Of a DNA stretch of 64,000 bases, positions 61,600 through 64,000 are shown piece by piece. The notes under the pieces are model-generated. The model had not been told where the DNA came from. It saw nothing but the letters and a program-made list of their open reading frames with translations, and searched no databases. A program made the position numbers and the translations under genes. Source of the DNA: Lama guanicoe (lineage: Eukaryota); assembly GCA_013239625.1 (NCBI GenBank), contig MU056050.1:4339115-4403114 (forward strand). The letters run 5' to 3'. The first letter of the stretch is position 1, and each line of letters opens with the position of its first letter.

Positions 61600-64000
61600 A
61601 GTAAGATGTGGAGATGCCTACTTCCCAGATGAGATGGAATATATTGTAATAGACCAGTGATCCTACCAGGAACACCTAGAAAAGTAGAGTTTAAAAAAAA
61701 ACATAAATCATCAGTTTAAATACGTTAGAGCTCTGTAGAAGCTACAAGGTGAAGAAGGGCAAATATTTTAGATAGTCGAATCCTGCAGAGGTGAGCAGAT
61801 CTCATGTAGCTGCTTTCCCCAATTTGTCAATTTGAACGTAGACCAGAGGCTAATAGTCTGAGTTTATCATGGACAAATGGCTGAGAGCAGAGGGAGGACG
61901 GGAAGGAGAGAATCGAGCAGTTTTCGATGGTATCACAAGGCTGGAGTGACAAAATTAAAGACATAAAGAGCCAAACACATGACCAGTTTTCTCCTCAAAA
62001 CATTTGCTGAATCATGAAGCTACACAAGACAGGAGGTAAAGGTGTGAGGCCGAAATCTTCTAAAAAGAACAGAGCTTTCAGCAGTCGTGCTGTGCTTAAA
62101 AGAAAAAGATAAGAGGTTAGGATCTGGTAGGGGATGAGGTCCCAATGAAACAACAAACTGTCAATTGAAATATCTGGAGGGTAATGCCTTAAGAACAGCA
62201 ATGACTCAGAAGTAGAATCTTAGCCTTATCAAAACCACAACCTAGACTTGTATCATCTTGGTCTCTTAGCGAATTAAGGTGATCAGCTTGCCTTACGTTG
62301 TCCAAAAGAAGAAAGTTTAAACCATTTCTGATTAAAGACAATGTCATCTGGAGCCTCTATGATTTTAAACAAAAGTTCTGAAACTTGTTAATAATTTTTA
62401 AACATCCTAAGAGTTAGGACCAGATGCCCCAGAACAAGGGAAAAATCAAATATTAGAAACTGACACAAAGGTGGTCAAAATTTTGCAGTTAGTAGACAAC
62501 AATTTTTTAAAAAAAATATGTAATTACAGTTGACCCTTGAACAACAAGATTTTGAACTAGAATTTTTTTCAATAAATACTGTACTACACAATTCACAGCT
62601 AGTTGGATCCATGGATGGGGAGCACAGTATGTGGAACACTGACTATGGGACTTGAGCATCCATGTATTTTGTTATCCTCAGCTGGTCCTGGAACCAATCT
62701 CCTGCAGATACTGAGGGAGATATAATATGTTCAATAAACTAATACTTTAAGAGTTTTACCATAAAAATAGAATCTATAGAAAGTGTACAAAATAGAAAAT
62801 ATAGAATATAAAGATAAAATAACTGCCTTAAAATCTCAGGTAGTTGGGTTTAACAGTAAATTAAACAATGTAGAGTAAGAATAAAAAATGATGTAAAACA
62901 TTAAAAAAAAGCATAAGGGACATATTGGACATATTAAAAAGTTCTAACATACCAGTAATTTGTGATCCATAAGGAAAGAAGAGAAAATTAGACAGAAACA
63001 ATATCTGAAGAGATGATGTCTGGAATTTTCCAAAACTAATGAAACCCACAGATTCAAGAATATCTGAAAATCCCAATAAAGATACATTCAATAAAAATCA
63101 CACCTAAACACATCAAGATTACACTGCCAAAAACCAAAGACAAAAACGTAAAATTTTAAAAAGCAGGTTAAGTGGCAAATGGTACATTACAATCAAAGGA
63201 ACAAGAATAAAGCTTGGCAGCTGATTTCTTAATGGAATGAAATATAAATAGATGACATACTGAAACTGAAATAAAACACATGCCAACAACCACTTATATG
63301 TGGAATTTGATAAAACAAACAAACAAACAACAAAACACCAAACTCATAGAAAAAGATCAGATTTATGGTCACCAGAGGTGGAGGATAAGGGGCTGGGGAA
63401 TTAGAGGAAAGTGGTTGAACGTTACAAACTTATAGTTAAAAGATAAATAAGTACTAGGGATGTAAAGTACAACATGATGACTATAGTTAACATAACTGCA
63501 TGATATATAGGAAAAAATGTTAAGAGAATAGAGCCTTAGAGTTCTCATTACAAGGAGAAGTTTTTTTCTTTTATTTTTATTGTGTCTATATGAGATGATG
63601 AATGTTAACTAAACCTATGGTAATAATCATTTCACAATATGTATAAATCAAGCATCATGCTTTACAACTCAAACTTACACACAATAACTAACAGAATGAG
63701 AAGATAGTAAATCAATAAGAATAGGAACAATCCAAACAACAAAATTAACTACTTGAAATATATATCATAGATATAAAAATCCTAATAATCATTAGCAAAT
63801 CAAGCCCAATGATTTACTTCAGAAATGCAAGGTAAGTTTAGTATTTGAAAAACAATAAAATTCACTGCAAAAATCATATAATTCTAATAGATGTATAAAA
63901 TACATCTTACAAAATTCAATTCTCAGTCAAGATTTTGTAAAAATCTTAACAAACTAGGAATATAAGGAAACTCTTACTTGGAAAAGGCGTATCTTCAAAA
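61600..64000 (+). mobile_element. Old LINE-1 remnants (5' region/ORF1 about 61600-63270, L1M 3' end about 63290-63680, ORF2 pieces to the window end)
   Basis: ORF1-like GAATTTTCCAAAACTAATG..ACAGATTCAAGAA..CACACCTAAACACATC; 3' end AGTACTAGGGATGTAAAGTACAACATGATGACTATAGTTAA. Confidence 0.65.
62528..62722 (+). mobile_element. Tigger2/MER8-like DNA transposon
   Basis: TA CAGTTGACCCTTGAACAAC start and GGTCCTGGAACCAATCTCC..GATACTGAGGGA end. Confidence 0.75.

Overview
Repeat-rich, AT-rich eutherian mammal DNA. The LINE-1 3' ends are of cetartiodactyl type and no ruminant, pig or primate SINEs were seen, which suggests a camelid (inference). No host protein-coding gene could be identified with confidence. 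Bases 1-1002 look like a CpG island but read as the 5' UTR of a young minus-strand LINE-1 that runs off the left edge. It carries an antisense, ATG-initiated 97-codon ORF and splice sites reminiscent of primate ORF0. The centre (about 36650-45000) is a nested ERV-L complex. A 7.45 kb MER21-like provirus (37465-44916; TG..CA ends, AGTGT target duplication, Leu PBS) lacks the RT domain and has a tandemly duplicated protease. It sits inside the integrase of an older ERV-L and itself hosts MLT2, MLT1 and Tigger insertions. Other notable items are a perfect 369 bp tandem duplication containing Maf-type motifs, a tailless tRNA-Gly 5'-half retrocopy with a 15 bp TSD, a 32 bp sequence shared exactly between two unrelated LTRs, a two-LTR MaLR provirus, and many solo LTRs, L1, L2, MIR and MER5 fragments. 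Repeat family names come from recalled consensus features, not from a database search.
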